DNA of 64,000 nucleotides from Candidatus Hydrogenedentota bacterium (GTDB lineage Bacteria; Hydrogenedentota; Hydrogenedentia; Hydrogenedentales; JAEUWI01): NCBI GenBank assembly GCA_034669905.1, contig JAXMOL010000005.1, positions 11,709 to 75,708 of the forward strand, read 5' to 3'. Shown piece by piece: positions 1 to 9,798 of this stretch (position 1 is its first letter; each line of letters starts with the position of its first letter). The notes under the pieces were generated by a model. It saw only the letters and a program-made list of their open reading frames with translations, ran no database searches and was not told where the DNA came from. The position numbers and the translations under genes were made by a program.

Positions 1-1
1 C

Positions 2-3000
2 CTGTCGTGGACTATTTCCTATCTCACCGATCCCAACGACCGGACTTCCACCGGCGCGCTGCCCAGTGGCTTTACGGTTAATCCGGCCAGCGGCACCAAC
101 CAGTCCCTGTCGAGTACCTCCATCAACGTTACGTTCCCCGCGGGCACCGACGACTTCGCCCTGCTGGTTGACTCCGCCTCCGGCCAGGAAGTGGTCACCT
201 TTTCGGTAGGCTCCGCGTTGACACAACTTCTCGTCAGCCCGGCCACCCTGACATTGTCTATCGCGAGCAATTCGGAAACCACGACCGAGCAACCTGCGTC
301 GACTCTACGGCTGGAGAACGTGGGCAATCTGCCGGTTTCCTGGGTCATCGATCTCTCCGAGCGCATCAACCCCACCGCAACACCGCCCCTTTCCGCAGAC
401 CCCATTCTGGGCACCACCCAGATTGGAAACACTTCGGAAATCGCCGTTCGGGTAACGGACCCCGATACCGTTATACAAGGCGACGGAATCTACGAGCTCG
501 CGGTCCGCGTTGGTGACTCCTTCCAGGTGGTCCCCATCATTGTAGATGTACTCCCCCTCCCCGAAATCACCCTGGCGCTCCCACCGGAAACGGAGTTTCT
601 TCAGCCCCCGGTGGTAGAAACCGACCTCTTGGATTTTGGCGACAGTCTGGTCCAGGACCAGTTCTTTGTTGTCAATACAGGCAGCCGCGATTCCGAGCTC
701 TTCTTCCAGGTGACCTACGATGAGCAAGGGCAGGACGACGCCCTCATCGCGGCCGTCTCCCCGGTTCGTGGCAACACTAATGGATCAGACCGCGACTTTT
801 TCCTCTTCGACCAGCAGGTCTATACCGATGGCGTACCGGTTTCGGTCACCATCAATCGCAACAACCTGGTGGAAGACCTGGAAACGCGGACGATTACCGT
901 CCAGGCCTTTGAGAGCAACAACTTTGTTTCCCAGTTGACTGCCGTCGCGGAAAAGACCATCGAAATCCGCGTTGCCAAGCCCCCCTATACCATTACCGGT
1001 GCCACCAACCGCGCACGGGCTCCCAGCATGCTGCGCTTCGTCTTCAGCAACCGGGATGAATTGGGACAGGTTATTCCACTTCAGACCGAAGCCGACCGCG
1101 AACGTATTGCCTACGAAATATTCGAAAACGAAGTTGCCCTGGACCTCGATGAAACCAGCCAGTTTCTGACCTTCGACTATCGGGGAAACGTGGTACTCAT
1201 TCTCGATTTCACCGGCAGCATGTATAACGCCGGCACGACAGGCACGAATCCCCTTCAACCCGGCGACGCCGTCGCCCTGATGCGCGAAGCCGCAAAGGCC
1301 TTTATTGACGACCTCCCCCCCAACTTCAATCTTCAGCTCATGTATCACACCGACCGCGTCCCGGAAGAGCGCATTATTCAGCGCTTTACCAATGACCGCA
1401 CGCAGTTGAAAGATGCCCTGGACCGATTTACCGTCTCCCCTGCCCTCTTCGGCGACTCCGACATCGTAGAGACCCTGGAAATGGCTATCGAATCGCTGGA
1501 GGCGGAAGACCCGGCGGGCACCCTTCCCTTTGACGACGCCGATGTGCGCGCAGTCGTTTTCATCACTGATGGCAAGGAAACGGTATCCGGCAACACGGTT
1601 ACCGGCGTGGATGCCCTGGCGGAAGAGTCCCGTACGCGGCTTTATCCCGTTGCCTATAGCCCTAACGGCGATCCGGCCCCGCTGGCCGACCTCATCGTCT
1701 CGGCCGAAGCATCGGGCGGCTACCTCTATACCGCAGGCAGCGTCCGCAACCTCTCCACGGTCTTCGGCACCCGCAGCTCGATGGAAGTGCTTGCGTCCAC
1801 CAGCGCAGTACCCAATACGGCGGCCTTCACCATTCGCAATGCGGGCACGGCGGCCTTTACCTACGAGATCACTCCCGACGACTCCCCCTGGCTGAGTACC
1901 ATCAGCCTGCCCGAGGGCAACGTCAACGGCGGCGCGAGCCAGGCCATCTCCATCGGCCTGGACCCCTCCGGCATTGCCGCCAACACGCAGCTCCGCGCCA
2001 CGGTAAACGTGGTTGCATCCAATGGGGATGAAGCTGAAGTGGTCGTGACCTTCCTGACCACCACCGGCGCCGCAACGAACATTGAGACCACTGTCCGCGA
2101 TGAGACGGGCGCTATCTGGGAAGAACTCAACAACCAATCGGTGCTGACCTATACGACCCCCAAGGAGGTCGATTTCCAATACCTCCTTTCCGGCACCTAT
2201 CGTCTTCCCGATGATACGGTTATCGAGGGCCCCTTCCAGCGGAATGCCGTCTTTACCCTGGGTGACCCCCGCATTGGTCAGGTCTCTCTTCGGACGGCCG
2301 GTATCGTGGAAGACCTGAGTACGGTAGACCCGGAAAAGCGGTATCGCGCCGAGGTCTATGTCTATGCCGACTATATTCCGCGGAATATCCGCTCCTTCTC
2401 CTTCCGGTTCATGCCGGAGGCCGCCGCTGACCTCAGTGTGGCCGATCAGGCCCTGTTGGACAATGCGCTCATGCAAATTGAGCGTGCCGAAGGTGGCCTG
2501 CTGGACGACGACAATGTAGGCACCTCTGATTGGCGTCTTATCACCGAAGGCGACGGTCGGGTACGCATCTTTACCGATGACGATAACTTCCTCCCCGTCG
2601 GCTCCTTTGGTAACTTGCTCAAAATTACCTTCTCGAACCTCTCCGACTACGTGGAAGCCTTTGGCACCGGGGCGCGCCAACCGGAGCTTTTCCTCAGCAT
2701 GCGCATGGACAACCGTCCCTACATCTCTCCCCAGTCGGAAGGCCAGCCCGCCAGCACCAAGTTCTTCCTCTATCCGGGCGGAATCACCCACGATGGCCGG
2801 GCCCTGTCGATTGGGCTGGGCGAAAGTGACCTCGCGTCGCCGGCACAGTTCGTCGAATTTCTCTCAGAGATTCCCGGCTTTGATCCGGAAGACGAATCCG
2901 CCCTCGACTCCGACATGGACACCATTCCAAACTTTAACGACCCGGCGCCGTTGGACGAGGAAATTCCCGCCAGCCGGGTGACGCCGAATCCCATTGATGT

Positions 3001-3319
3001 GGATTCCGATGAGACCGTATTCGCCCTTACGATACGAAACAATCTGCTCGACAGCTTTGAGTGGAATATCGACACGGCTTCCCTCCCCAGCTGGATACCC
3101 GCTGCCAGTATTCGCTATGGCGCCGGGGCTGCGAGCACCACGCAAGTACGTACCGTATTGGCACCAGGAGAAACCGAAGTCGTACAGTTCACGGTCGACC
3201 GGACAGGACTTACCCCGGGAACGGCAATCACCGATTCCGTCGTATTTAACATTACGAATAGCGAGTATGCCTTCATCGTACCGGAGAGTGTGTCAGTAAC
3301 GATGGAGATAGCGCCATGA
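2..3319 (+). CDS. Giant secreted vWA-domain (MIDAS) surface protein with repeated Ig/BACON-like modules. It is 5'-truncated: the reading frame is open to the window edge.
   Basis: Frame 2 is open from base 2 with no stop before 191. The MIDAS motif DxSxS is present as 'LILDFTGSMYNAG', followed by 'VVFITDGKE'. Repeated 'DSPWLSTIS'/'LPSWIPAAS' modules precede 'TVDRTGLTPG'. It is a paralog of the next gene: 'ADYIPRNIRSF' here versus 'ADYMPRNITQI' there. Confidence 0.7.
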   Translation: MSWTISYLTDPNDRTSTGALPSGFTVNPASGTNQSLSSTSINVTFPAGTDDFALLVDSASGQEVVTFSVGSALTQLLVSPATLTLSIASNSETTTEQPASTLRLENVGNLPVSWVIDLSERINPTATPPLSADPILGTTQIGNTSEIAVRVTDPDTVIQGDGIYELAVRVGDSFQVVPIIVDVLPLPEITLALPPETEFLQPPVVETDLLDFGDSLVQDQFFVVNTGSRDSELFFQVTYDEQGQDDALIAAVSPVRGNTNGSDRDFFLFDQQVYTDGVPVSVTINRNNLVEDLETRTITVQAFESNNFVSQLTAVAEKTIEIRVAKPPYTITGATNRARAPSMLRFVFSNRDELGQVIPLQTEADRERIAYEIFENEVALDLDETSQFLTFDYRGNVVLILDFTGSMYNAGTTGTNPLQPGDAVALMREAAKAFIDDLPPNFNLQLMYHTDRVPEERIIQRFTNDRTQLKDALDRFTVSPALFGDSDIVETLEMAIESLEAEDPAGTLPFDDADVRAVVFITDGKETVSGNTVTGVDALAEESRTRLYPVAYSPNGDPAPLADLIVSAEASGGYLYTAGSVRNLSTVFGTRSSMEVLASTSAVPNTAAFTIRNAGTAAFTYEITPDDSPWLSTISLPEGNVNGGASQAISIGLDPSGIAANTQLRATVNVVASNGDEAEVVVTFLTTTGAATNIETTVRDETGAIWEELNNQSVLTYTTPKEVDFQYLLSGTYRLPDDTVIEGPFQRNAVFTLGDPRIGQVSLRTAGIVEDLSTVDPEKRYRAEVYVYADYIPRNIRSFSFRFMPEAAADLSVADQALLDNALMQIERAEGGLLDDDNVGTSDWRLITEGDGRVRIFTDDDNFLPVGSFGNLLKITFSNLSDYVEAFGTGARQPELFLSMRMDNRPYISPQSEGQPASTKFFLYPGGITHDGRALSIGLGESDLASPAQFVEFLSEIPGFDPEDESALDSDMDTIPNFNDPAPLDEEIPASRVTPNPIDVDSDETVFALTIRNNLLDSFEWNIDTASLPSWIPAASIRYGAGAASTTQVRTVLAPGETEVVQFTVDRTGLTPGTAITDSVVFNITNSEYAFIVPESVSVTMEIAP

Positions 3320-3396
3320 GGGTAAAAGGGATTTTGAAACGGGCGACCGGTCTAATGGCGACACGAAAGAGTCAACGTGATGATAAGGAGTATGGA

Positions 3397-6300
3397 ATGC
3401 TACGCACAACGCGCTGCATAAGCTTGATGGGTCTGCTACTGACCATCGTCGCCCTGACTGGCTGTCCGACGGCAACAACACCGGGACTTTCAGTCACTCC
3501 GCTCGCGTTGAATTTCGGGGCCGGGGAAAGCTCAAAGACGATTCGCATTCAGAATTCCGGTGGCGGCATGCTGACGTGGGCGGTCGAAGTATCGGAGAAC
3601 GCCCCCTGGCTTACGCTTGAGGTGGCCAAATCCAGCAAGCAGGCCAGCACGGTCGAAGGAGAAACGTCCACCGAAATCGATGTGGTCACCCTCCTTCTGA
3701 ACCGGAGCATTCTGGATCAATCCTCCTCACGGAATGCCACGGTCACGGTAACCTCCAACGCCGGCAACCAGACCGTGAGCGTGGGGGTATCTGAATCCGG
3801 CCCTGCCCAACTCAACATCGCCCCGACCTCCCTGGCCTTTGGCACGACCGCAACTTCGATGGATGTTGCCATCAGCAATTCGGGCTCCGAAGGGCTTGAC
3901 TGGGTGCTGGCCGTTCCCGATGACGCCCCCTGGCTGAGCGCTTCCCGCACCAGCAATTCGGGGGTTATCGGCACGACCGTGGACTCAGTAACCTTCACCG
4001 TCGATCGGACCGGCCTTCCCGGTGGAGACTACGAAGCCACCGTTACGGTAGCGTCGAATGGTGGCACCGGTGAAATTCTCATTACCGCCAGCGTGCCTCC
4101 GCTGATTGTATCCACATCAGAAATTGATTTTGGAAGCCGACTCGCCAGCGCGTCCCGCTTCGTCAACATTTCCAACCCCTCGGAGACCATTGCTGGCCTC
4201 CAGATTTCTGCCGATGTGCAGGGCGCCGCAACGGAATGGCTCACGCTCGGAGAGAATCTTACCGTGCTGGATCCGCGCACGACCGGTACCATCCGCGTGG
4301 ATGCCGATCCTGCGGGTCTGGCGCCGGGAACCTACACGGGCACCATCACCGTGGCTTCGGCCAATCTGAACTTCACCCACCTCATCACGGTGCGTCTGGA
4401 GGTCCCCGGGCTTTCCGTCACCCCGGACACGATTGCCTTTGGCGAGATCACCGAGCTTCAGCAGCGAGACTTTACGCTGGAGAATCTGACGGGCGCCCCC
4501 CTGGCCTACCGCATTACGATCCCCGAGAGCGCCCCCTGGGTACTCCTCTCCTCTACCTCCGGGACGGTCGCGACTACAACCACGATTCAACTGAGCGCAG
4601 ACCCCGATCGGATTGGCGCCGGTAGCCATGAAGCCGAACTCTCCATCACCTTCGGAGACGACGGAAACGCTCCCACCCAGACCCTGACCGTGACCATGAG
4701 TCGGCCAGAGCCCGCGCGTCTGGAAGCTTCGCCGAAGTCTATCCTCTTTGGCACGGCCCTCCTCGAACGTCGGGTCGCCTTATGGAATGTGGGTATCGGT
4801 TCCGTAGATTGGACCATCGACGCCTCTGGATTCCCGGCCTGGCTTAGCCTGGAGGTCGTCCCTGGCTCCGGAACCCTTTCGGGCGGTGTCGCCACGGGTA
4901 CGGTTGCCGGCGAAGAGACCGACGAAATCCTCCTGCGCGTCGACCGCAGCATGGCGCCTTCCGGCCAATTCGAATTCAGTCACACCTTCAATGCAATCTC
5001 CTCCGGCGATGCGGACAACGTGGTGACCATCACCTTGTCCATGTCAATTGCCCGCGTACCCGTCTTCGTCCTGGAAGCCGATGACATTGATGACCGCGGT
5101 ATCAGCACCTTGTCCGTTCCCGTAACGGAGGACACCCGTAGCTTCGTGGTCCGCAACGAGGGCACCGGCCCGCTCAACTGGGGATTCTCCAATCTGCCCT
5201 CTTGGATCTCCTCCTTGGAACCCTCGCAGGGCACGCTTCAGCCCAACGTACAACAAACGGTGACGTTGACGGTGAATCGCAGTGGCCTGGTCACCCCGGG
5301 TGTCCAAGCCTTTCTGGAAATCACCACCAACGACCCGGCCAACGAATTGGTCTTCCTCGACGTGGCCGTGGCCGTCCCCCCCGTCATTCTGATTACCACC
5401 GATCGACCCAGTCTTGGCTTCTCCGATGACGAAGCTGCTGCGACCATCGGCATTGCCAATAATGGTGATGCGGGAACCTTGCTGAACTATCAGGTGGTCA
5501 CCAACCAGGACTGGCTTTCCATTGCGCCTTCCAATGGCGTCAGCGAAGGTACCTCCTCCCCCATCAAGGACTTCCAGGAACACAGCGTAACGGTAGACCG
5601 CTCCCGACTGGATGGTGCCGGCGCCTCGGCCCGCCTCATCATTTCGGCGTTTATCGTGGAAGACGGTGTTGCCGTCCCCGATCCCACCGTACCGCCCCTG
5701 GAAATCACCGTGACCGTAGAGGCTGCGCCACTTACCATCGAGTCTGCGCTTCCCCGGAAGCGGGTTCCGTCGCTCTTACGAAATGTCCTCAGCCTGCGCA
5801 ATATTCGTTCTGAGTCTATCCCGATTCCGAACAGCCGCTTGCAGCAGGTCGGTGATCTCTTCCGCATTGCCGAGACGGAAGTGCCCTTGGAATTGACCGA
5901 ATCGAATCAGTTCCTCAAGAAGGATTTTTCTGCCAATGTGCTCATCATGCTCGACTTCTCCGGCAGTATGCTGGATTCGGCCGAGCAAGCTGTGGCCGAC
6001 GGTCAGCTAGGCGACCCGGCGGCGCTGACAGAGGATGCGCTCAAGAGCGTCTACGCCCAGTGCATCGGAGACCTCATTGATGAGATGCCCGATCACTTCC
6101 GCGTGGGACTGAGCGTGTTCAACGACCGGCCCACGCCCGATAGTGGCGCGGTGCGCATCATTAATCCCGCGGACGGCGATGGCGCCTTCACACGGGACAA
6201 GAATCTACTGAATACCCGCTTCACCCAGCTCGTTGTCAATGACAACGGCGCGACCGAGCTCCTTCCCGCCCTGCAGGCCGGTGCCACCCGTCTGGTGCGT

Positions 6301-8031
6301 GAAGATACCAATAGCAACCTCCGCCCCTTCGATGATGCGGACGTCAAAGCCTTGATAGTCATCACCGACGGACGGGACACCAGTCTGGAGCGTGTAACGG
6401 AAACGGCCAACGCCATTGTGGCCCAGGGAGTGCGCCTCTTTATTCTGGGTTGGGGTGCCAAGGTGGAAGCCGATCCCATTATCCGTCTGACTACGACCAC
6501 CGGTGGCCACTATTACTCGACCCCGGCCCGTGACACCGGGGTGCAGGATGCCTTTGGCGTACCGATCCGGGTGCCCGAAGTCAGCCAGCTCACGGACTGG
6601 TGCAGCTTGGATCCGGCCGACGAGTGTGACGAATCCATCCCTAACGATCTGGCTTCCCAGGTACTACTCAGCTACACCACCTTGAATGCCCAGCCCAGTG
6701 TGGTGGTGACGGCCGATCTCACCTTTAACGATCCCAACGACCAGAACTCCATCTGCCTTCCCGAGCAGGGTGAAATCACCAGCAGCGTGGAATACCGCCA
6801 GCAGGACTTCCTGGCGATTCAGGGCGACGTACGGATGGGTCAGGCCTCGATTCGGACGGAAGGTGTCTCCAACGGGGAGGCAACCCTTATTGTTCGGGCC
6901 GACTACATGCCGCGGAACATCACACAGATCACCTTCGAAATCAACGTAAACAGCCTGGAAAACCCAGCGGTCGCCGTGAGAACGGTCAACCAGATTGCCG
7001 GGGGACTCATCTCGAACTGGACGCAATCGCAGGTGGGTAACTTCTATACCTTCACCTCCCCCGATGGCGAGCCCGTCCGTTTTTCGGATTTCGGCGATCT
7101 TCTCCAAATCACCGTCTCCGGTGTAACGCAGGCATTCGACGTCGACTTCGAAATCACGGACCCGGTCTACATGTCGGATAACTTTGAGACCAAGTACTTC
7201 ACCCACCCCACGGGTATCACCGTTGGCGGCAGTGAGTTCCTGGCGACTTCCTTCCCCTCCCCCTTCTTTGACAGCCGTCCCGGGCCGCTGGATGTCGATG
7301 GTGAATTCATCGTCGTGGCGGATGCCGACACGGATCAGGTGGAAATCGACGTGTTCAACCTCGGCGGCTCCCACGTGGCACCGGGTTCCGTGCCCGATAT
7401 CGTCACTGGAGAGTTCAACCCCGAGGGGCTTGTGAACGTCGGTCTCTTCTGGGAAGCAATTGTGGGCGCGTCCGACAACTTCCTCACCTTTGAGGACGAC
7501 ACCCAGACCTCCGGTTTCGTGACGGATTACATGACCCCCTCCACCATGTTTGTCAATCTCAACCGAGCTGTAACGCCTCCCGGAGAGCGCGAAGGCGAGA
7601 TTACTGTCACGTATGGTTCTGGCTCGGTCAATAATACGGGCACCCTGGACCCCATTGTCATTCGCTATACGGTCGAACTTCCTGAGTTCGATATCGACAT
7701 CTACAATGCCGACACCGAGCAGTTTGAAGACTTGCCGGGGCTCTTTATTAACTTTGAAGCCACACCGGACGCCCAGGACATCCGCATTACGAATGTCGGT
7801 CAAAGCACACTGCAGTGGGAAGTAGATCCTGCGAGCCTCCCCGCGTGGGTTGTGCTCAGCAGCTTCGTCGGTGCCCCGGGCCCTGATGAGAGTGAGGTAG
7901 TTACCATAAACATCAATCGGGCCAGCCTTCCGGAAGGCAACCAGTTTGCGGACATCGTGTTTACGGCGGACTTTACCGACCCGATAACGCTGACGGTCAG
8001 TGCAGAAGGTCTTCCTGCCGGCGCAAAATAG
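3397..8031 (+). CDS. Giant (about 1545 aa) vWA-domain surface lipoprotein with many Ig-like/BACON-like repeats. It is a paralog of the upstream gene.
   Basis: RBS AAGGAG at 3385-3390, 6 nt before ATG 3397. Signal peptide plus lipobox: 'MLRTTRCISLMGLLLTIVALTGC'. MIDAS motif 'LIMLDFSGSMLDS' followed by 'LIVITDGRDT'. Repeated 'NAPWLTLEV', 'DAPWLSAS', 'SAPWVLLSS', 'FPAWLSLEV' and 'TVDRTGLPGG' modules. The longer ORF from ATG 3316 overlaps the upstream stop and lacks a signal peptide. Confidence 0.7.
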   Translation: MLRTTRCISLMGLLLTIVALTGCPTATTPGLSVTPLALNFGAGESSKTIRIQNSGGGMLTWAVEVSENAPWLTLEVAKSSKQASTVEGETSTEIDVVTLLLNRSILDQSSSRNATVTVTSNAGNQTVSVGVSESGPAQLNIAPTSLAFGTTATSMDVAISNSGSEGLDWVLAVPDDAPWLSASRTSNSGVIGTTVDSVTFTVDRTGLPGGDYEATVTVASNGGTGEILITASVPPLIVSTSEIDFGSRLASASRFVNISNPSETIAGLQISADVQGAATEWLTLGENLTVLDPRTTGTIRVDADPAGLAPGTYTGTITVASANLNFTHLITVRLEVPGLSVTPDTIAFGEITELQQRDFTLENLTGAPLAYRITIPESAPWVLLSSTSGTVATTTTIQLSADPDRIGAGSHEAELSITFGDDGNAPTQTLTVTMSRPEPARLEASPKSILFGTALLERRVALWNVGIGSVDWTIDASGFPAWLSLEVVPGSGTLSGGVATGTVAGEETDEILLRVDRSMAPSGQFEFSHTFNAISSGDADNVVTITLSMSIARVPVFVLEADDIDDRGISTLSVPVTEDTRSFVVRNEGTGPLNWGFSNLPSWISSLEPSQGTLQPNVQQTVTLTVNRSGLVTPGVQAFLEITTNDPANELVFLDVAVAVPPVILITTDRPSLGFSDDEAAATIGIANNGDAGTLLNYQVVTNQDWLSIAPSNGVSEGTSSPIKDFQEHSVTVDRSRLDGAGASARLIISAFIVEDGVAVPDPTVPPLEITVTVEAAPLTIESALPRKRVPSLLRNVLSLRNIRSESIPIPNSRLQQVGDLFRIAETEVPLELTESNQFLKKDFSANVLIMLDFSGSMLDSAEQAVADGQLGDPAALTEDALKSVYAQCIGDLIDEMPDHFRVGLSVFNDRPTPDSGAVRIINPADGDGAFTRDKNLLNTRFTQLVVNDNGATELLPALQAGATRLVREDTNSNLRPFDDADVKALIVITDGRDTSLERVTETANAIVAQGVRLFILGWGAKVEADPIIRLTTTTGGHYYSTPARDTGVQDAFGVPIRVPEVSQLTDWCSLDPADECDESIPNDLASQVLLSYTTLNAQPSVVVTADLTFNDPNDQNSICLPEQGEITSSVEYRQQDFLAIQGDVRMGQASIRTEGVSNGEATLIVRADYMPRNITQITFEINVNSLENPAVAVRTVNQIAGGLISNWTQSQVGNFYTFTSPDGEPVRFSDFGDLLQITVSGVTQAFDVDFEITDPVYMSDNFETKYFTHPTGITVGGSEFLATSFPSPFFDSRPGPLDVDGEFIVVADADTDQVEIDVFNLGGSHVAPGSVPDIVTGEFNPEGLVNVGLFWEAIVGASDNFLTFEDDTQTSGFVTDYMTPSTMFVNLNRAVTPPGEREGEITVTYGSGSVNNTGTLDPIVIRYTVELPEFDIDIYNADTEQFEDLPGLFINFEATPDAQDIRITNVGQSTLQWEVDPASLPAWVVLSSFVGAPGPDESEVVTININRASLPEGNQFADIVFTADFTDPITLTVSAEGLPAGAK

Positions 8032-8052
8032 CCCCTGACACGTAAGAAACAG

Positions 8053-8095
8053 GCCTGCCGTCCTCCCCCTTTGCGGAGGGCGGCAGTTTTTTTTC
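8053..8095 (+). terminator. Rho-independent terminator after the giant vWA gene.
   Basis: GC-rich hairpin 'ctgccgtcctccc-cctttgc-ggagggcggcag' with one mismatch, followed by a T8 run at 8087-8094. Confidence 0.7.
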
Positions 8096-8187
8096 GGGGG
8101 CTAAGTTGTCAGACCACACAGATTCTGAGTTATAATACACCTCGTCCCATTCCTGACCGAACCTCACTCTAACGGAAAGAGCCCGCT

Positions 8188-8433
8188 GTGAATCCGATTG
8201 TCCTGAATCTCGCCGTCGCTGTCGGCGCCCTGGTGCTAATCTATGGAATCTGGATTGGTGTTCACCTGCTGGCTCGATTTCGTATGGGGCCACGTCAGAT
8301 AGGTTGCCGCGGGCCGATGACCGATGATTTCGGGAATGAAGTATGTTGTCATACCGGGGAACCGTGCACCGGTGACGCAACCTGCAGCACGGACGACGAG
8401 GCCCATTCTTCCCCGTGTCAGGAAAAGCACTGA
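8188..8433 (+). CDS. Small single-TM protein with a Cys-rich C-terminal tail (hypothetical).
   Basis: GTG start preceded by 'GGAAAGAG'. N-terminal hydrophobic helix 'IVLNLAVAVGALVLIYGIWIGVHLL'. Six Cys in the tail: 'CRGPMTDDFGNEVCCHTGEPCTGDATCSTDDEAHSSPC'. Confidence 0.4.
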   Translation: MNPIVLNLAVAVGALVLIYGIWIGVHLLARFRMGPRQIGCRGPMTDDFGNEVCCHTGEPCTGDATCSTDDEAHSSPCQEKH

Positions 8434-8491
8434 CTATCTGTAACGATTGCTGATCCTCTTGCCGGATCATTGATAAGACCAAGAGAAAGGA

Positions 8492-8842
8492 ATGGCGCTG
8501 ATGCCACTCAAGTACTACTGCCCGAAGTGTAGCAAACGTTATGTTGAATGGGGTGCGGAAAAGCTCGCCTTTAAATGCCCTGACTGTGAGGACGTGACCC
8601 TGTATCGTGTTGGAACCCTGCCGGAAGGTGAAGATGGAAAACCATCCCTTTCCAAAACGGCCGCCAAGCGAAAGGCGAAAGCCAAGCCCAAGGCAAAAGC
8701 CAAGGCGAAGGCGAAGGCCAAGGTAAAGGCTGAAATAGCCCCTGCTGATATCGATGATGATTTGTCACTCGACGTCGTGGATACCGACGACGTAGATTTG
8801 GCCGATGTGGATGCGAAAGACGTGGTCGTCGACGACGACTGA
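8492..8842 (+). CDS. Zinc-ribbon protein with a (KA)n lysine-rich repeat and a poly-acidic tail (hypothetical).
   Basis: 'CPKCSKRY...CPDCEDV' gives two CxxC pairs. 'KRKAKAKPKAKAKAKAKAKVKAE' is encoded by (AAGGCN)n hexamer repeats at about 8676-8730. C-terminus 'DIDDDLSLDVVDTDDVDLADVDAKDVVVDDD'. Confidence 0.5.
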   Translation: MALMPLKYYCPKCSKRYVEWGAEKLAFKCPDCEDVTLYRVGTLPEGEDGKPSLSKTAAKRKAKAKPKAKAKAKAKAKVKAEIAPADIDDDLSLDVVDTDDVDLADVDAKDVVVDDD

Positions 8843-8964
8843 CGCCTTAGCGCCGATAGCACCGCGGAGTGCGCCTATCGTACCACTGCTATCGGCAGGC
8901 CTTTTTCCACTCAGGCTACTGCTCTTCCCCCCAAGGCTTGCTCTCGGGCACCTTGGGGGGCGCT

Positions 8965-9633
8965 TTATTGCTCGAGGCCCGCGTCCGGGCGGAGTGAGAT
9001 GAGGACCTCGTCAAATCGGGTCTCCACCTGAAGCCACGGCGCGGCTTCGGCGAGCACACGCCGCAAGAATTCCTCCAGGCTTAGCTCCGGCGTGACCGTG
9101 ACCGTCACCTCTCGTTGCTTCGACGGCAGTGCCTGCAGCGCTTCGTCGATCGTGATCGTGATGTTGTGTTCCGATGCGACCTCCTCCAGCAGAGAAACCA
9201 GGTCGCGATCGGTATAGACACGCTTACGGTCCACCATGGCGGCAGCCAGCCGCTTGGAAAAGATCGGACTGATTTTTCGGGCAGGAAGCAACTCTTGCGC
9301 GGGCGGTGGTGGAGCGTCACCGGGGCTCTCATCGATGGATTCCCTCGGCGCATAGATGACCTCAGTTACCTGTCCCGCTGGCAAAATCAGGGGCTCCTTC
9401 CCCGGGAGCACCTCAACACGCACGTCAATCGACGTCTCGCTGAGCACCCGTAATCCCCGGAGCGAGAGTCCCGAACGTAATACGACGCGATCCCCCGGCG
9501 ACGCGACGCTGGTCTGCGCCTTCACCGGGGAAGTTGGCCGGTCAGACCGGGTGCCACTTTCGGCATAGCCCTGTGCAGCGCATGCCAGCAGAATAACGAA
9601 TACCGTCTTCAATGTGATCCACCTCAGTTCCAA
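8965..9633 (-). CDS. Secreted hypothetical protein (signal peptide).
   Basis: Signal peptide 'MELRWITLKTVFVILLACAAQGYA'. No recognisable catalytic motif. A GC hairpin 'ccccccaagg...ccttgggggg' at 8925-8960 lies between it and the convergent upstream gene. Confidence 0.5.
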   Translation of the reverse strand: MELRWITLKTVFVILLACAAQGYAESGTRSDRPTSPVKAQTSVASPGDRVVLRSGLSLRGLRVLSETSIDVRVEVLPGKEPLILPAGQVTEVIYAPRESIDESPGDAPPPPAQELLPARKISPIFSKRLAAAMVDRKRVYTDRDLVSLLEEVASEHNITITIDEALQALPSKQREVTVTVTPELSLEEFLRRVLAEAAPWLQVETRFDEVLISLRPDAGLEQ

Positions 9634-9798
9634 CTTCTCATTCTAAGAGGGCGACCGACGGGAGTCAAACACATGCGCGCATTTGGCGCCTACATGTGCG
9701 GGAGTCTTGTATCCGTGCTGCGTTCTGCCTACAATAGACACAGGCGCAGGATGTCCATCGGGATGTCTTTCACTCAATCCGCTTTTCGGGAGGCCGTG

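Noticed and set aside
785-2791. 668-aa minus-strand ORF inside the first vWA gene.
   Set aside because: Antisense to a gene with clear domain signal. It is Gly/Arg/Ala-rich with low complexity, typical of a high-GC antisense artefact.
3316-3396. Longer start for the second vWA gene (ATG 3316 overlapping the upstream stop).
   Set aside because: The extension lacks a signal peptide. ATG 3397 has a canonical AAGGAG RBS and yields a lipoprotein signal, so 3397 is preferred. This is noted as an alternative only.
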